64,000 nt of DNA from Deltaproteobacteria bacterium (GTDB lineage: Bacteria > Myxococcota > Kuafuiibacteriia > Kuafuiibacteriales > Kuafuiibacteriaceae), in NCBI GenBank assembly GCA_040218735.1, contig JAVJQW010000006.1, forward strand, positions 149,408 through 213,407. Direction: 5' to 3'. Made by a program: the position numbers and the translations under genes. Shown in pieces: positions 1 to 17,249 of the stretch (position 1 is its first letter; the number at the start of each line of letters is the position of its first letter). The notes beneath the pieces are model-generated. The model saw nothing but the letters and a program-made list of their open reading frames with translations. It searched no databases and was not told the DNA's origin.

Positions 1-30
1 ACCCCCAAGCTCCCGTAGACTCCCACCGCT

Positions 31-786
31 TTGACGGAGCGACTGATCGGACACGCCCCACCGAAGGAGCCGCGCGAGCGGCTGATCTTCGCGCTGGATG
101 TCGACCACATCGACGAAGCGGAGCGGCTGGTGAAGGCCCTCGCGCCCCACGTGGGGATGTTCAAGGTCGGGCCGCGGCTGTTCACCTCGGCGGGATCGCT
201 GGTGATGGATCTCGTCCACGGGATGGGCTCCAGCGTGTTCTTGGACCTGAAGTTTCACGACATCCCGGCGTCGGTCGCGGGTGCGGCGCGCGAGGTTGCG
301 CGGCTGCGGACGAAGATGTTCACGGTCCACGGGTTGGGCGGGACGAAGATGATCGAGGCGGTGCTGCGCGAGCTGTCGCAGATGACGCTGATCCCCGGGC
401 TGCCGCCGCCGATCGTGCTCGGCGTGACGATCCTGACCAGCCACGACCAGGCGAGCGTCGAGGCGCTCGGCTTCGAGCGGCCGATCTCGGAGCTCGCGAT
501 GCGGCTCGCGAAGGTCAGCGTCGAGGGCGGCGCGGGCGGGATCGTGGCGAGCGGCCACGAGGTCGCGGCGCTGAAGGCGGCGCTGCCGGAGGGCACGGTG
601 TTCGTCGTCCCGGGCATCCGCTCGGCGAGTGACGAGGTGCAGGATCAGTCGCGGGTGATGACCGCTCGGCAGGCGGTCGAGGCGGGCGCGACGTACGTCG
701 TTGTGGGGCGGCCGATCCGCCTCGCGAAGGACCCGGCGGCGGCGGCCGACCGGATCGTCGAAGACATCGCGCAGGCGAACGTATGA
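31..786 (+). CDS. pyrF: Orotidine 5'-phosphate decarboxylase
   Basis: LIFALD, FKVG, FLDLKFHDIP, VPGIR, DQSRV and VVGRPI motifs; TTG start uncertain. Confidence 0.95.
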   Translation: MTERLIGHAPPKEPRERLIFALDVDHIDEAERLVKALAPHVGMFKVGPRLFTSAGSLVMDLVHGMGSSVFLDLKFHDIPASVAGAAREVARLRTKMFTVHGLGGTKMIEAVLRELSQMTLIPGLPPPIVLGVTILTSHDQASVEALGFERPISELAMRLAKVSVEGGAGGIVASGHEVAALKAALPEGTVFVVPGIRSASDEVQDQSRVMTARQAVEAGATYVVVGRPIRLAKDPAAAADRIVEDIAQANV

Positions 787-1520
787 GCTCCCCGCGCGTC
801 ATCTTCGGCGTGAACCCGGTGCTCGAGGCGATCAAGTCCGGGCGGCGGGTCGACCGCGTGTGGCTCGCGCGTTCCGCGGGCGGGGCGACGAACCGGATCA
901 AGAGCGCCGCGAAGAAGGCGAACGTCCCGGTGTCGGTGGTGCCCAAGGAGGAGATCGATCGACGGGCGTCGGGTGGTGTGCACCAGGGCGTCGTGGCGTC
1001 GGTGGATCCGAGCGACATGGAGCCGGTGGACGTGGACGGGATCTGCGACCACGCGGAGTCGCTCGGGGAGGCGCCGCTGGTCGTGCTCCTGGACGGGATC
1101 GAGGATCCGCAGAACCTCGGCGCGATCATCCGGAGCGCCTATGCGCTTGGCGCGCACGGCGTCGTGCTGCCGAAGAACCGCGCCGCCGGGATCACCCCCG
1201 CGGTGGTGCGGGCGTCGGCGGGCGCGACGATGCACGTGCCGATCGCTCGGGTCACGAACCTCAAACACGCGCTCGAGGATCTGTCGCGTCGCAACGTCTG
1301 GTCGGCGGCGGCGGTCCTCGGGGGGACGCCGGCGCACGAGGCCCGCCTGGACGGCGGGTTGGCGCTGGTGATCGGGAGTGAGTCGAAGGGGGTGAAGCCG
1401 AGCCTGGCGAAGGCTTGCGACATGCAGATCACCATCCCGCTCGGCGCCGATTTCGACAGTCTGAACGCGTCCGTGGCGGCCGGGATCCTTTTGTACGAGG
1501 CGCGGCGTCAGCGCGCTTGA
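783..1520 (+). CDS. rlmB: 23S rRNA Gm2251 methyltransferase (SpoU/TrmH family)
   Basis: HQGV, LDGIEDPQNLGAIIRS, IGSE, DSLNASVA SPOUT motifs; ATGA overlap with pyrF stop. Confidence 0.93.
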   Translation: MSSPRVIFGVNPVLEAIKSGRRVDRVWLARSAGGATNRIKSAAKKANVPVSVVPKEEIDRRASGGVHQGVVASVDPSDMEPVDVDGICDHAESLGEAPLVVLLDGIEDPQNLGAIIRSAYALGAHGVVLPKNRAAGITPAVVRASAGATMHVPIARVTNLKHALEDLSRRNVWSAAAVLGGTPAHEARLDGGLALVIGSESKGVKPSLAKACDMQITIPLGADFDSLNASVAAGILLYEARRQRA

Positions 1521-1545
1521 CAGTGCGCCTCAATCCCTCTAATGA
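1517..1545 (+). promoter_or_regulatory. Possible sigma70 promoter of the tRNA cluster
   Basis: Perfect TTGACA at 1517-1522; only an imperfect -10 (TCTAAT/TAATGA) downstream. Confidence 0.4.
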
Positions 1546-1601
1546 CCACAGTCCCTCATCCCGGGGGTCGTTTTCGGGCGTCGGGAGACTGGGGGGCTCG
1601 C

Positions 1602-1674
1602 GCTGGCGTAGCTCAATCGGTAGAGCAGCTGCTTTGTAAGCAGCGGGTTGTTGGTTCGAGTCCGATCGCCAGCT
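1602..1674 (+). tRNA. tRNA-Thr(UGU)
   Basis: GCTGGCG/CGCCAGC acceptor stem, GCTGC-TT TGT AA-GCAGC anticodon arm, GTTCGAGTC T-loop; CCA not encoded. Confidence 0.96.
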
Positions 1675-1711
1675 TTCCAAGAGATTGCTAGCGGTTACGA
1701 AAACTTAGCTC

Positions 1712-1793
1712 GGAGGGATGCCCGAGTGGCCAAAGGGACCAGGCTGTAAACCTGGCGGCTTCGCCTTCGAAGGTTCGAATCCTTCTCCCTCCA
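1712..1793 (+). tRNA. tRNA-Tyr(GUA)
   Basis: CCAGG-CT GTA AA-CCTGG anticodon arm, long variable arm, GTTCGAATC. Confidence 0.96.
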
Positions 1794-1858
1794 TCGAACG
1801 TCGCCGTACCGACGGCGGCGCTCGGTTCTTTGAACACGATGGTTGTTACGTGCGGTAC

Positions 1859-1931
1859 GCGGGAGTAACTCAGTTGGTAGAGTGCCAGCCTTCCAAGCTG
1901 GATGTCGCGAGTTCGAACCTCGTCTCCCGCT
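1859..1931 (+). tRNA. tRNA-Gly(UCC)
   Basis: GCGGGAG/CTCCCGC acceptor stem, CCAGC-CT TCC AA-GCTGG anticodon arm. Confidence 0.96.
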
Positions 1932-1936
1932 CGTCC

Positions 1937-2009
<73 letters not shown>

Positions 2010-2110
2010 TGTTTTTCCTTGGCAGTCGCACCCTGGATCGACTAGACAACGCCGGTTTTGGGGATCGCCCGCTGGCGGCGACCCAGGGGGCGGCACGAGG
2101 GGTGAACAGT

Positions 2111-2184
2111 AGGGCAGTAGCTCCAATTGGTAGAGCGGCGGTTTCCAAAACCGCATGTTGGGGGTTCGAATCCCTCCTGCCCTG
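2111..2184 (+). tRNA. tRNA-Trp(CCA)
   Basis: AGGGCAG/CTGCCCT acceptor stem, GCGGT-TT CCA AA-ACCGC anticodon arm; directly upstream of secE. Confidence 0.96.
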
Positions 2185-2231
2185 TACGGTGTCGCCCTCC
2201 AACCATCCTGCGAAGACGCTCGGAGACCACG

Positions 2232-2615
2232 GTGCAAGGTAACCAACGCTACGTCATCTTCTCGTTCCTCGCGGCCGGCGGCCTGCTGTGGGCGACGTTC
2301 GCCAAGATCTTCGGCGCGATCGCTTACGCGGCGGACCTCCCGGATGCGGCGATCCTCGGCAACCAGTTCACGGTCAGCACGCTGCTCGGCATGGTCGTCG
2401 GCGTGGGCGCCGTGATCTTCGGCCTCAAACATTCTCAAACGTTCTCGTTCTCGGAGCAGGTGGTCGCGGAGCTGCGCAAAGTGACGTGGCCCGACCGTAA
2501 GGAGACGCAGACGGCGACGGTGGTCGTCATCGTCACCACCCTGATCATCGCGGCCATCCTCGGCGTGTTCGATCTCGTGTGGGCCAAGATCACCGGCCTC
2601 ATCTACTCCGCGTGA
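2232..2615 (+). CDS. secE: Preprotein translocase subunit SecE (3-TM type)
   Basis: ELRKVTWP motif plus C-terminal TM; GTG at 2232 with GGAG upstream (the ORF-track start lies inside tRNA-Trp). Confidence 0.93.
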   Translation: MQGNQRYVIFSFLAAGGLLWATFAKIFGAIAYAADLPDAAILGNQFTVSTLLGMVVGVGAVIFGLKHSQTFSFSEQVVAELRKVTWPDRKETQTATVVVIVTTLIIAAILGVFDLVWAKITGLIYSA

Positions 2616-2629
2616 AGGACGGCAAGCTC

Positions 2630-3337
2630 GTGATCGAAGAAGAGACCCAGGAAGAAACGGAAAGCCCCGCGGTCGAGGAGACCCCCGAGGAGGCGCCTGC
2701 AGAGGCGGCCGAAGCGGCGGCGTCCGAGCCCGAGGCGGCCGAAGCGCCCGCGGACGCGTCCGAAGCGCCGGCCGAGCCGGAGAAGCCGAAGAACACCAAC
2801 CCGAAGATGAAGTGGTACGTGGTGAACACGTACTCGGGTTTCGAGATGCGGGCCCAAAAGAGCCTGCAGGAGCGGGTGAAGCTCGAGGGGCTCGACGAGT
2901 TCTTCGGGGAGATCCTGGTCCCGGCGCAGAACGTCGTCGAGCTGATGGGCGGGACCAAGCGCACCAGCAAGCGGAAGTTCTTCCCGGGTTACATGCTCGT
3001 GGAGATGGAGCTGACGGACCACACCTGGCACCTGGTGAAGTCCACGCCGAAGATCACCGGCTTCGTCGGCAACCAGCAAAAGCCCATGCCCTTGCGCAAG
3101 AAAGAGGTCGAGCGCCTCACGCAGCAGGTCAGCCAGGGTGAAGTCGCCGTGAAACCGAAGATCGTCTACGAGGAGGGCGAGACCGTCCGCGTGATCGACG
3201 GGCCCTTCGCGAGCTTCAACGGCACGATCGAAGAGGTGAAGGAGGAGAAGCAGAAGCTTCGCGTCCTCGTCTCCATCTTCGGCCGCTCCACTCCGGTGGA
3301 GCTGGACTTCACGCAGGTCGAGAAGACGGCGGGCTGA
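2630..3337 (+). CDS. nusG: Transcription elongation factor NusG with acidic N-terminal extension
   Basis: [20 protein letters not shown] motif [18 protein letters not shown]; start is GTG 2630 or 2612. Confidence 0.96.
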   Translation: MIEEETQEETESPAVEETPEEAPAEAAEAAASEPEAAEAPADASEAPAEPEKPKNTNPKMKWYVVNTYSGFEMRAQKSLQERVKLEGLDEFFGEILVPAQNVVELMGGTKRTSKRKFFPGYMLVEMELTDHTWHLVKSTPKITGFVGNQQKPMPLRKKEVERLTQQVSQGEVAVKPKIVYEEGETVRVIDGPFASFNGTIEEVKEEKQKLRVLVSIFGRSTPVELDFTQVEKTAG

Positions 3338-3353
3338 GGCGTGCGGGGGCGTC

Positions 3354-3659
3354 GTGGTGGCTGGGGACAAGGTGGCGCCGCTGGCGCCCGGCTCCGATGT
3401 CGCGGCGCTGGCCGCTGACCTCCGGCAGACCCTCGACGCGCTGAAGGGGATCGACCAACGCCTGGGCCGCGTCGAGCGGAGCCTGGGCGAACACACCGAG
3501 ATGCTCTCGAAGCTGCGGACGGTCGTCGACCGCCTCGAAGGGGCGATGGCGACCAAGAAGCAGATGAAAAAACTGAAGAAAGTGCTCGATCAACTCGACG
3601 TGATCGAGATACCCGACGACGCTCCGCTGCTCGAGGGGGCTTCGGAGAACAGAGACTAA
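3354..3659 (+). CDS. Small coiled-coil hypothetical protein
   Basis: 101-aa ORF filling the nusG-rplK gap; heptad Leu pattern; GC3-rich codons; start uncertain. Confidence 0.65.
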   Translation: MVAGDKVAPLAPGSDVAALAADLRQTLDALKGIDQRLGRVERSLGEHTEMLSKLRTVVDRLEGAMATKKQMKKLKKVLDQLDVIEIPDDAPLLEGASENRD

Positions 3660-3662
3660 GCC

Positions 3663-4115
3663 ATGGCGAAGAAGATTCTTGCCCAGATCAAGCTGCAGGT
3701 GCCGGCCGGCAAGGCCAACCCGGCCCCGCCCGTAGGCCCCGCGCTCGGCCAGCACGGCGTCAACATCATGGACTTCTGCAAGAAGTTCAACGCGGTGACG
3801 CAGGAGCAGATGAAGGACAACCTGATCATCCCCGTGGTGATCACGGTCTACGCCGACCGCTCCTTCTCGTTCATCACCAAGTCGCCGCCGGCGTCGGTGC
3901 TGATCAAGAAGGCGATCGGGCTGCACCTGAACAAGAAGCCCGCGTCCGGCTCGCGTGAGCCCGGCAAGGTGAAGGTCGGCAAGATCACCGTGTCGCAGTG
4001 CGAAGCGATCGCCGAGATGAAGATGAACGACCTGAACGCCAACGACAAAGTGGCGGGCGGGCGCATCATCGCCGGCACCGCGCGCTCGATGGGCATCGAC
4101 GTCATCCCCGGGTGA
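3663..4115 (+). CDS. rplK: 50S ribosomal protein L11
   Basis: [23 protein letters not shown]; IAGTARSMG. Confidence 0.98.
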   Translation: MAKKILAQIKLQVPAGKANPAPPVGPALGQHGVNIMDFCKKFNAVTQEQMKDNLIIPVVITVYADRSFSFITKSPPASVLIKKAIGLHLNKKPASGSREPGKVKVGKITVSQCEAIAEMKMNDLNANDKVAGGRIIAGTARSMGIDVIPG

Positions 4116-4198
4116 CGTTGTCGCGTCGCGTCTCGTCAGGGGCGCGCGTGTTCCATTGGGTGTAATCCACTCACGATAACGCTCTTCGGAGCACACCG

Positions 4199-4239
4199 GC
4201 AGGAGGTGCGGGTCATCGGGGCTCGGCCGTTTGCACTGC
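4199..4239 (+). promoter_or_regulatory. Possible L1 autoregulatory RNA site upstream of rplA
   Basis: GCAGGAG...ACTGC can form a helix with a GGAG-containing internal loop just before the rplA SD; judged by eye. Confidence 0.35.
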
Positions 4240-4252
4240 GGGAGGATTGAAG

Positions 4253-4948
4253 ATGAAGAAGTTCGGAAAGAAGTACCGAAAAGTCGCCGAGCTCGTGGAG
4301 CAGGGGAAGAAGTACTCCGTCGCGGAGGCGTGTGATCTGGTGAAGCAGACCGCAACCGCGAAGTTCGACGAGACCATCGAGGTCGCCGTGAAGCTCGGCG
4401 TCGACCCGCGTCACGCGGACCAGATGATCCGCGGCGCCGTGGTCCTCCCCGGAGGCACCGGCAAGACGCAGCGCGTGGCGGTGTTCTGCCGCGGCGAGAA
4501 CCAGCAGGCGGCGAAGGACGCGGGCGCGGACTTCGTCGGTGCGGAGGATCTGGTCGAGCAGGTCCAGGGCGGCTTCATGGACTTCGACGTCGTCGTCGCC
4601 TCGCCGGACATGATGGCGCTCGTCGGCCGCCTCGGCCGAGTGCTTGGCCCGCGCGGCCTGATGCCGAACCCGAAGACGGGCACGGTGACGCCGGACGTCG
4701 CGAAGGCCGTCTCGGACGCGAAGGGTGGCAAGATCGAGTACCGCACGGAGCGCACCGGCATCGTGCACGCGCCGATCGGCAAGGCGTCGTTCGAGCCGAC
4801 CGCGCTCGCGCAGAACCTGACGACGGTGATCGACGCGCTGAACCGCGCGAAGCCGTCCTCGGCGAAGGGTACGTACATGCAGTCGGTGACCATCGCTTGC
4901 ACGATGGGCCCCGGGATCCGCGTGGATCCGGGATCGACCGAGGCGTGA
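4253..4948 (+). CDS. rplA: 50S ribosomal protein L1
   Basis: [37 protein letters not shown]; GGAGG SD at 4241. Confidence 0.98.
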   Translation: MKKFGKKYRKVAELVEQGKKYSVAEACDLVKQTATAKFDETIEVAVKLGVDPRHADQMIRGAVVLPGGTGKTQRVAVFCRGENQQAAKDAGADFVGAEDLVEQVQGGFMDFDVVVASPDMMALVGRLGRVLGPRGLMPNPKTGTVTPDVAKAVSDAKGGKIEYRTERTGIVHAPIGKASFEPTALAQNLTTVIDALNRAKPSSAKGTYMQSVTIACTMGPGIRVDPGSTEA

Positions 4949-4953
4949 GGCGA

Positions 4954-5082
4954 CCCGGCAGCTCGCAGTGAGCAGCTGGCAGCAGGAGGAGCGAGGCGAA
5001 CGATCGAGATTCAGTGAGCGGCGATGGCAGTGAGGCCCCGATGGGGATCCGACTGCGAGCTGCAGACTGAGAGCTAAGAGCT
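4954..5082. repeat. Heptamer-periodic inverted-repeat element, copy 1
   Basis: Left arm CCCGGCA-GCTCGCA-GTGAGCA-GCTGGCA; right arm CTGCGAG-CTGCAGA-CTGAGAG-CTAAGAG; perfect 12-bp IR at 4958-4969 / 5052-5063. Confidence 0.7.
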
Positions 5083-5083
5083 C

Positions 5084-5160
5084 ATCCGAGACAGCGGGTG
5101 GTGCTTCGGCGCCTTAATGATGCCCGCCGAGATGGGGCGCGATGCTTCCGAGCCCGTCGG
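5084..5160 (+). promoter_or_regulatory. L10 leader (rplJ-rplL autoregulatory RNA)
   Basis: CCGAGACAGCGGG...TTAA...CCCGCCGAG pattern typical of the L10 leader, upstream of rplJ. Confidence 0.75.
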
Positions 5161-5219
5161 AGCGTTGGCGCCACTTGGATGGCGGAAACGACAACCGACG
5201 GGAAGGAGGTGAATGACTC

Positions 5220-5753
5220 ATGCCCATGACTCGCCAGGCCAAAGAGGCCATGGTGGCGGACCTCGCGGACAAGTTCTCGCGAGCGAAGTCTGCGTTGGTC
5301 GCGAACTACACGGGGCTCGACGTCGCTTCGGTGACGGAGATCCGCGCCGCGTATCGCGAGGTCGACGTCGAATACAAGGTCGTGAAGAACACGCTGGTGA
5401 AGCGTGCGCTCGCGGGCACCGCGCTGGAGAAGCTCGGTGAAGCCTTCGTGGGACCGACCGCGGTCGCGTTCAAGTTCGACGACGAGGCAGGCAAGCTCGG
5501 CAAGGCGACCGAGGAGCTTCAGAAGAAGTTCAAGAAGCTCGAGGTCAAGGCCGGCTACATCGAGGAGGATCTCCTCGAAGGGGACATCGTTGGAACGATG
5601 GCCAAGGTGCCGACCCTCGACGAGGCCCGCGCTCAGCTGCTCGGCTTGCTGAACACCCCGGCGTCCAAGCTGCTCGCGCAGATCAATGCGCCGGCGCAGC
5701 AGGTCGCTGGTGTCATCCAGGCCAAGAAGCAGAAGGACGAGGAGAGCGCTTAG
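5220..5753 (+). CDS. rplJ: 50S ribosomal protein L10
   Basis: NYTGL, YKVVKNTLVKRAL, GPTAVAF; AGGAGG SD; start 5220 or 5226. Confidence 0.96.
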   Translation: MPMTRQAKEAMVADLADKFSRAKSALVANYTGLDVASVTEIRAAYREVDVEYKVVKNTLVKRALAGTALEKLGEAFVGPTAVAFKFDDEAGKLGKATEELQKKFKKLEVKAGYIEEDLLEGDIVGTMAKVPTLDEARAQLLGLLNTPASKLLAQINAPAQQVAGVIQAKKQKDEESA

Positions 5754-5819
5754 GCGCCTCTCCACATCAAACTTTCGAAACGATTTGCGGCGCGATGACG
5801 CCGCGCAAGGAGATTGAAA

Positions 5820-6209
5820 ATGGCTGATCTGGAGAAGATTGCTGAAGACCTCGGGTCGCTGACCGTCGTGCAGGCGGCCGACCTCGTGAAGATGCTCGAA
5901 GAGAAGTGGGGCGTGAAGGCGGCGTCCGGTGGCGGCGCCATCGATCCCGCGATGCTCGCCGCGATGGCGGGTGGCGGCGCGGCCGCGGCCGAGGAGCAGA
6001 CGGAGTTCAACGTCATCCTCGCCGAGGTCGGCTCCGAGAAGATCAAGGTCATCAAGGAGGTCCGTGCGATCACCGGCCTGGGTCTCAAGGAGGCCAAGGA
6101 GCTCGTCGACAACGCGCCCAAGCCCGTCAAGGAGGGCGTCGAGAAGGCCGAGGCCGACGAGCTCAAGAAGAAGCTCGAAGAGGCCGGCGCCAAGGTCGAG
6201 ATCAAGTAA
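5820..6209 (+). CDS. rplL: 50S ribosomal protein L7/L12
   Basis: [33 protein letters not shown]; AAGGAG SD. Confidence 0.98.
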   Translation: MADLEKIAEDLGSLTVVQAADLVKMLEEKWGVKAASGGGAIDPAMLAAMAGGGAAAAEEQTEFNVILAEVGSEKIKVIKEVRAITGLGLKEAKELVDNAPKPVKEGVEKAEADELKKKLEEAGAKVEIK

Positions 6210-6335
6210 GCTGGCAGCCCACAGCTCGCAGCTGGCGGCCGGACGCGCGTTCGAGACTCAGGGGATCCTCCGATCTCCTAGGAATGGATCGACGAATCCG
6301 GCTGTTGGCTGCCCGCTGAAAGCTGTTCGTTGTCG
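6210..6335. repeat. Heptamer-periodic inverted-repeat element, copy 2
   Basis: Left arm GCTGGCA-GCCCACA-GCTCGCA-GCTGGCG; right arm GCTGTTG-GCTGCCC-GCTGAAA-GCTGTTC-GTTGTCG. Confidence 0.65.
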
Positions 6336-6336
6336 C

Positions 6337-6376
6337 AAGGCGTCGAGGGGATTCCTCGACGCCTTTCGGCGTTTTA
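6337..6376 (+). terminator. Hairpin terminator/attenuator between rplL and rpoB
   Basis: 12-bp perfect stem AAGGCGTCGAGG/CCTCGACGCCTT followed by T-rich sequence. Confidence 0.65.
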
Positions 6377-6590
6377 TATAGGGGTTTCGTCGCTAGGGTT
6401 ATTTTGTAACCGATTTTTCCGCTTGACTTCAGAGGTGGGCCCGAACATGTCGGGCACACTTCCCTTCATCCCGGAGCTTGGTGTGTGCCGACCGAATGGA
6501 CTTGGCATTGCATTGGCGCCGAGGTGACGGCGGAGCGACACAACGAATGCGCGCGTCGACGGGCGTGCGCGGTCGGGAGTAGAGAGTCCG

Positions 6591-10847
<4,257 letters not shown>

Positions 10848-10900
10848 TCGGATGACCCGACCGTCCTGACTTTTCGTTTCAAAGGTTCAAAGAGGTAGCT

Positions 10901-15145
<4,245 letters not shown>

Positions 15146-15160
15146 TCGCTGCGCACACCC

Positions 15161-15190
15161 TCGGGGGCCGGTCGACGGCCCCCGACTTTT
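15161..15190 (+). terminator. Intrinsic terminator after rpoC
   Basis: TCGGGGGCCG/CGGCCCCCGA stem followed by CTTTT. Confidence 0.8.
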
Positions 15191-15202
15191 CCTACCTCCC
15201 CC

Positions 15203-15228
15203 GTCACATTCTTCGTACCCGTCTCGTC
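15203..15228 (+). promoter_or_regulatory. ECF41-type promoter
   Basis: GTCACA-N16-CGTC matches the described ECF41 consensus (TGTCACA-n16-CGTC) and precedes the operon encoding an ECF41 sigma. Confidence 0.75.
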
Positions 15229-15237
15229 TCAGGGGCG

Positions 15238-15840
15238 ATGACGACGCTCCTCAGACTCGACGCCAGCGCCCAAACCCACGGGTCGCGATCGCGGCAGCTC
15301 GCCGACCACTACGAAGCGCGCTGGCGGCAGCGCCACGCCGACGGCACGGTGATCACCCGCAATCTCGTCGCCGATCCGGTTCCGCACCTCGAGGCGGAGA
15401 CGGTCGCGGTGTTCTATGCCGGCGGATCGACCGACAGGAACCCGCCGCCGCCGGGGATCGCGGTGTCGGACATGCTCATCGAAGAGCTCGAGCGCGCCGA
15501 TCACGTCGTTGTGAGCAGCGCGATCTACAACTTCTCGCTGCCCTCGGCGCTCAAGGCGTGGATCGACCACGTCGTTCGCTTCGGCCGGACCATCGCGTAC
15601 CGACCCGAGGGGCCGGTGGGGCTCCTCACCGGTCGACGCGCCTGCTTCCTCACCGCGCGCGGCGGCACGCCGCAGACCAGCCCGAGTTATGCTGAGCCGG
15701 TGGTGCGGGCCGTCTTCGACTACATCGGCTTCGAGCGCTTCGACTGGGTTTCGCTCGAGGGCACCCGCGTCCCGGACGGCGGGCTCGACGATCGCATCGC
15801 GAGCGCCCACGCGGCGATCGATGCGCTCATCGCCGGCTGA
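15238..15840 (+). CDS. azoR: FMN-dependent NADH:quinone oxidoreductase / azoreductase (AzoR/AcpD family)
   Basis: S-x4-SRSRQL, IYNFSLPSALKAWIDHV, TARGG motifs. Confidence 0.88.
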   Translation: MTTLLRLDASAQTHGSRSRQLADHYEARWRQRHADGTVITRNLVADPVPHLEAETVAVFYAGGSTDRNPPPPGIAVSDMLIEELERADHVVVSSAIYNFSLPSALKAWIDHVVRFGRTIAYRPEGPVGLLTGRRACFLTARGGTPQTSPSYAEPVVRAVFDYIGFERFDWVSLEGTRVPDGGLDDRIASAHAAIDALIAG

Positions 15841-15842
15841 TC

Positions 15843-16709
15843 ATGGACGTCTTCGAGGAACACCGCCCCTTGCTCGAAGGGATCGCGTACCGCATGTGCG
15901 GCGTGCACGCGGACGCGCGGGACCTGGTGCAGGAGACCCACATCCAGTGGTGCGCTGCCGACCGCGCGGCGATCCGCGATCCCCGGGCTTGGCTCGTCAC
16001 GACGTGCAGTCGCCTGGCGATCGACATGCTGCGGTCGGCGCACCGGCGACGCATGAGCTACGTCGGCACGTGGCTACCGGAGCCGCTCGTGGATGAGGCG
16101 GCGCCGACCCCCGCGGAGGCGTTGGAGATCGACGAGTCCGTGTCGCTCGCGCTGATGGTCGCGCTCGAACGGTTGAGCCCCGCCGAGCGCGCGGTCTTCA
16201 TCCTGCACGACCTGTTCGGGTACCGCTTCGAGGAGATCGGACCGATGGTGTCGCGGAGCGAACCGGCCTGCCGCAAGCTCGCGTCACGAGCGCGGAGGGC
16301 GGTGCAGTCCGAACGGCCTCGCTTCGAGGCGACCGCCGAGATGCACCGCGATCTCCACGCGGCGTTCCTCGAGGCAGCGCGCCACGGTGATCTCGACGGT
16401 CTCGCGTCGCTGCTGACGGAGTCGGTGGCGCTTCACACCGACGGGGGCGGTCACGTCGAAGCGCTCACGTCGGTGCTCCGCGGACGCCGCGCGGTGTCGA
16501 AGTTCTTCATCGGCATCTGGCGAACGCACTTCACGCCCGCCGACGATGTCGAGGTCGTGCACCGTTGGTTCAACGGCAGCCCCGGCACCCTCGTCTTCAA
16601 GGACGGTGCGCTCGTGGTGTCGCTCGACTTCGCGATCGAGGACGGCAGCATCCAGAGCATCTACGCGCTGAGGAACCCCGAAAAGCTCACCGCCTTCGGC
16701 TACAGCTGA
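15843..16709 (+). CDS. ECF41 (SigJ-like) sigma factor with C-terminal SnoaL-like extension
   Basis: YVGTWLPEP linker, DGGG and C-terminal RNPEKL signatures. Confidence 0.92.
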   Translation: MDVFEEHRPLLEGIAYRMCGVHADARDLVQETHIQWCAADRAAIRDPRAWLVTTCSRLAIDMLRSAHRRRMSYVGTWLPEPLVDEAAPTPAEALEIDESVSLALMVALERLSPAERAVFILHDLFGYRFEEIGPMVSRSEPACRKLASRARRAVQSERPRFEATAEMHRDLHAAFLEAARHGDLDGLASLLTESVALHTDGGGHVEALTSVLRGRRAVSKFFIGIWRTHFTPADDVEVVHRWFNGSPGTLVFKDGALVVSLDFAIEDGSIQSIYALRNPEKLTAFGYS

Positions 16710-16724
16710 GGCCGCTCCGGCCCC

Positions 16725-17204
16725 TTGACCGAAGCCTCTGTCGGCCGGACGGTCGCGGGCGTGACCCACCGCGCTCTGTCGATCCTCTCGCCGTTCTTCG
16801 TCGCGTGCGCGACGACGCCCGCGCCCGCTCCGCGGCCCGACTTCGATGCGGCCCTCGCCGAGCACGTTCGGACGATCCGCGAGCGCGACCTCGCCGGCTA
16901 CGAACGCACGCTCACCGAGCGTGAGTCCTTCTCGATCATCTTCCCGAACGGACACCGGACCACGAAGCGCGCGGAGGCGATTGCGTTTCACCGCGAGTGG
17001 TTCGCGGACACCGCCTGGCAGATGAGCTTCGAAGAGGCGGAACGCATCGACGGCGGAGACAGCATGGTCGTCGTCTTCCGCACGGCCTACCGCGACGCGC
17101 CCGACGGGGAGGACCGCGAGGGGTGGCTGACGCTCGTGTTCGCGGTGGAGGGGGGCGCGTGGCGCCTCGTTCACGATCAGAACACACGCATTGCGCCGAA
17201 GTGA
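16725..17204 (+). CDS. NTF2/SnoaL-like (DUF4440-type) probable lipoprotein
   Basis: FFVAC lipobox-like segment; C-terminal WRLVHDQNT typical of NTF2 folds; start uncertain. Confidence 0.7.
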   Translation: MTEASVGRTVAGVTHRALSILSPFFVACATTPAPAPRPDFDAALAEHVRTIRERDLAGYERTLTERESFSIIFPNGHRTTKRAEAIAFHREWFADTAWQMSFEEAERIDGGDSMVVVFRTAYRDAPDGEDREGWLTLVFAVEGGAWRLVHDQNTRIAPK

Positions 17205-17249
17205 GCCCCGGCGACCCTCGCGGACCGCCGGGGCTTCGACGAATCGACC

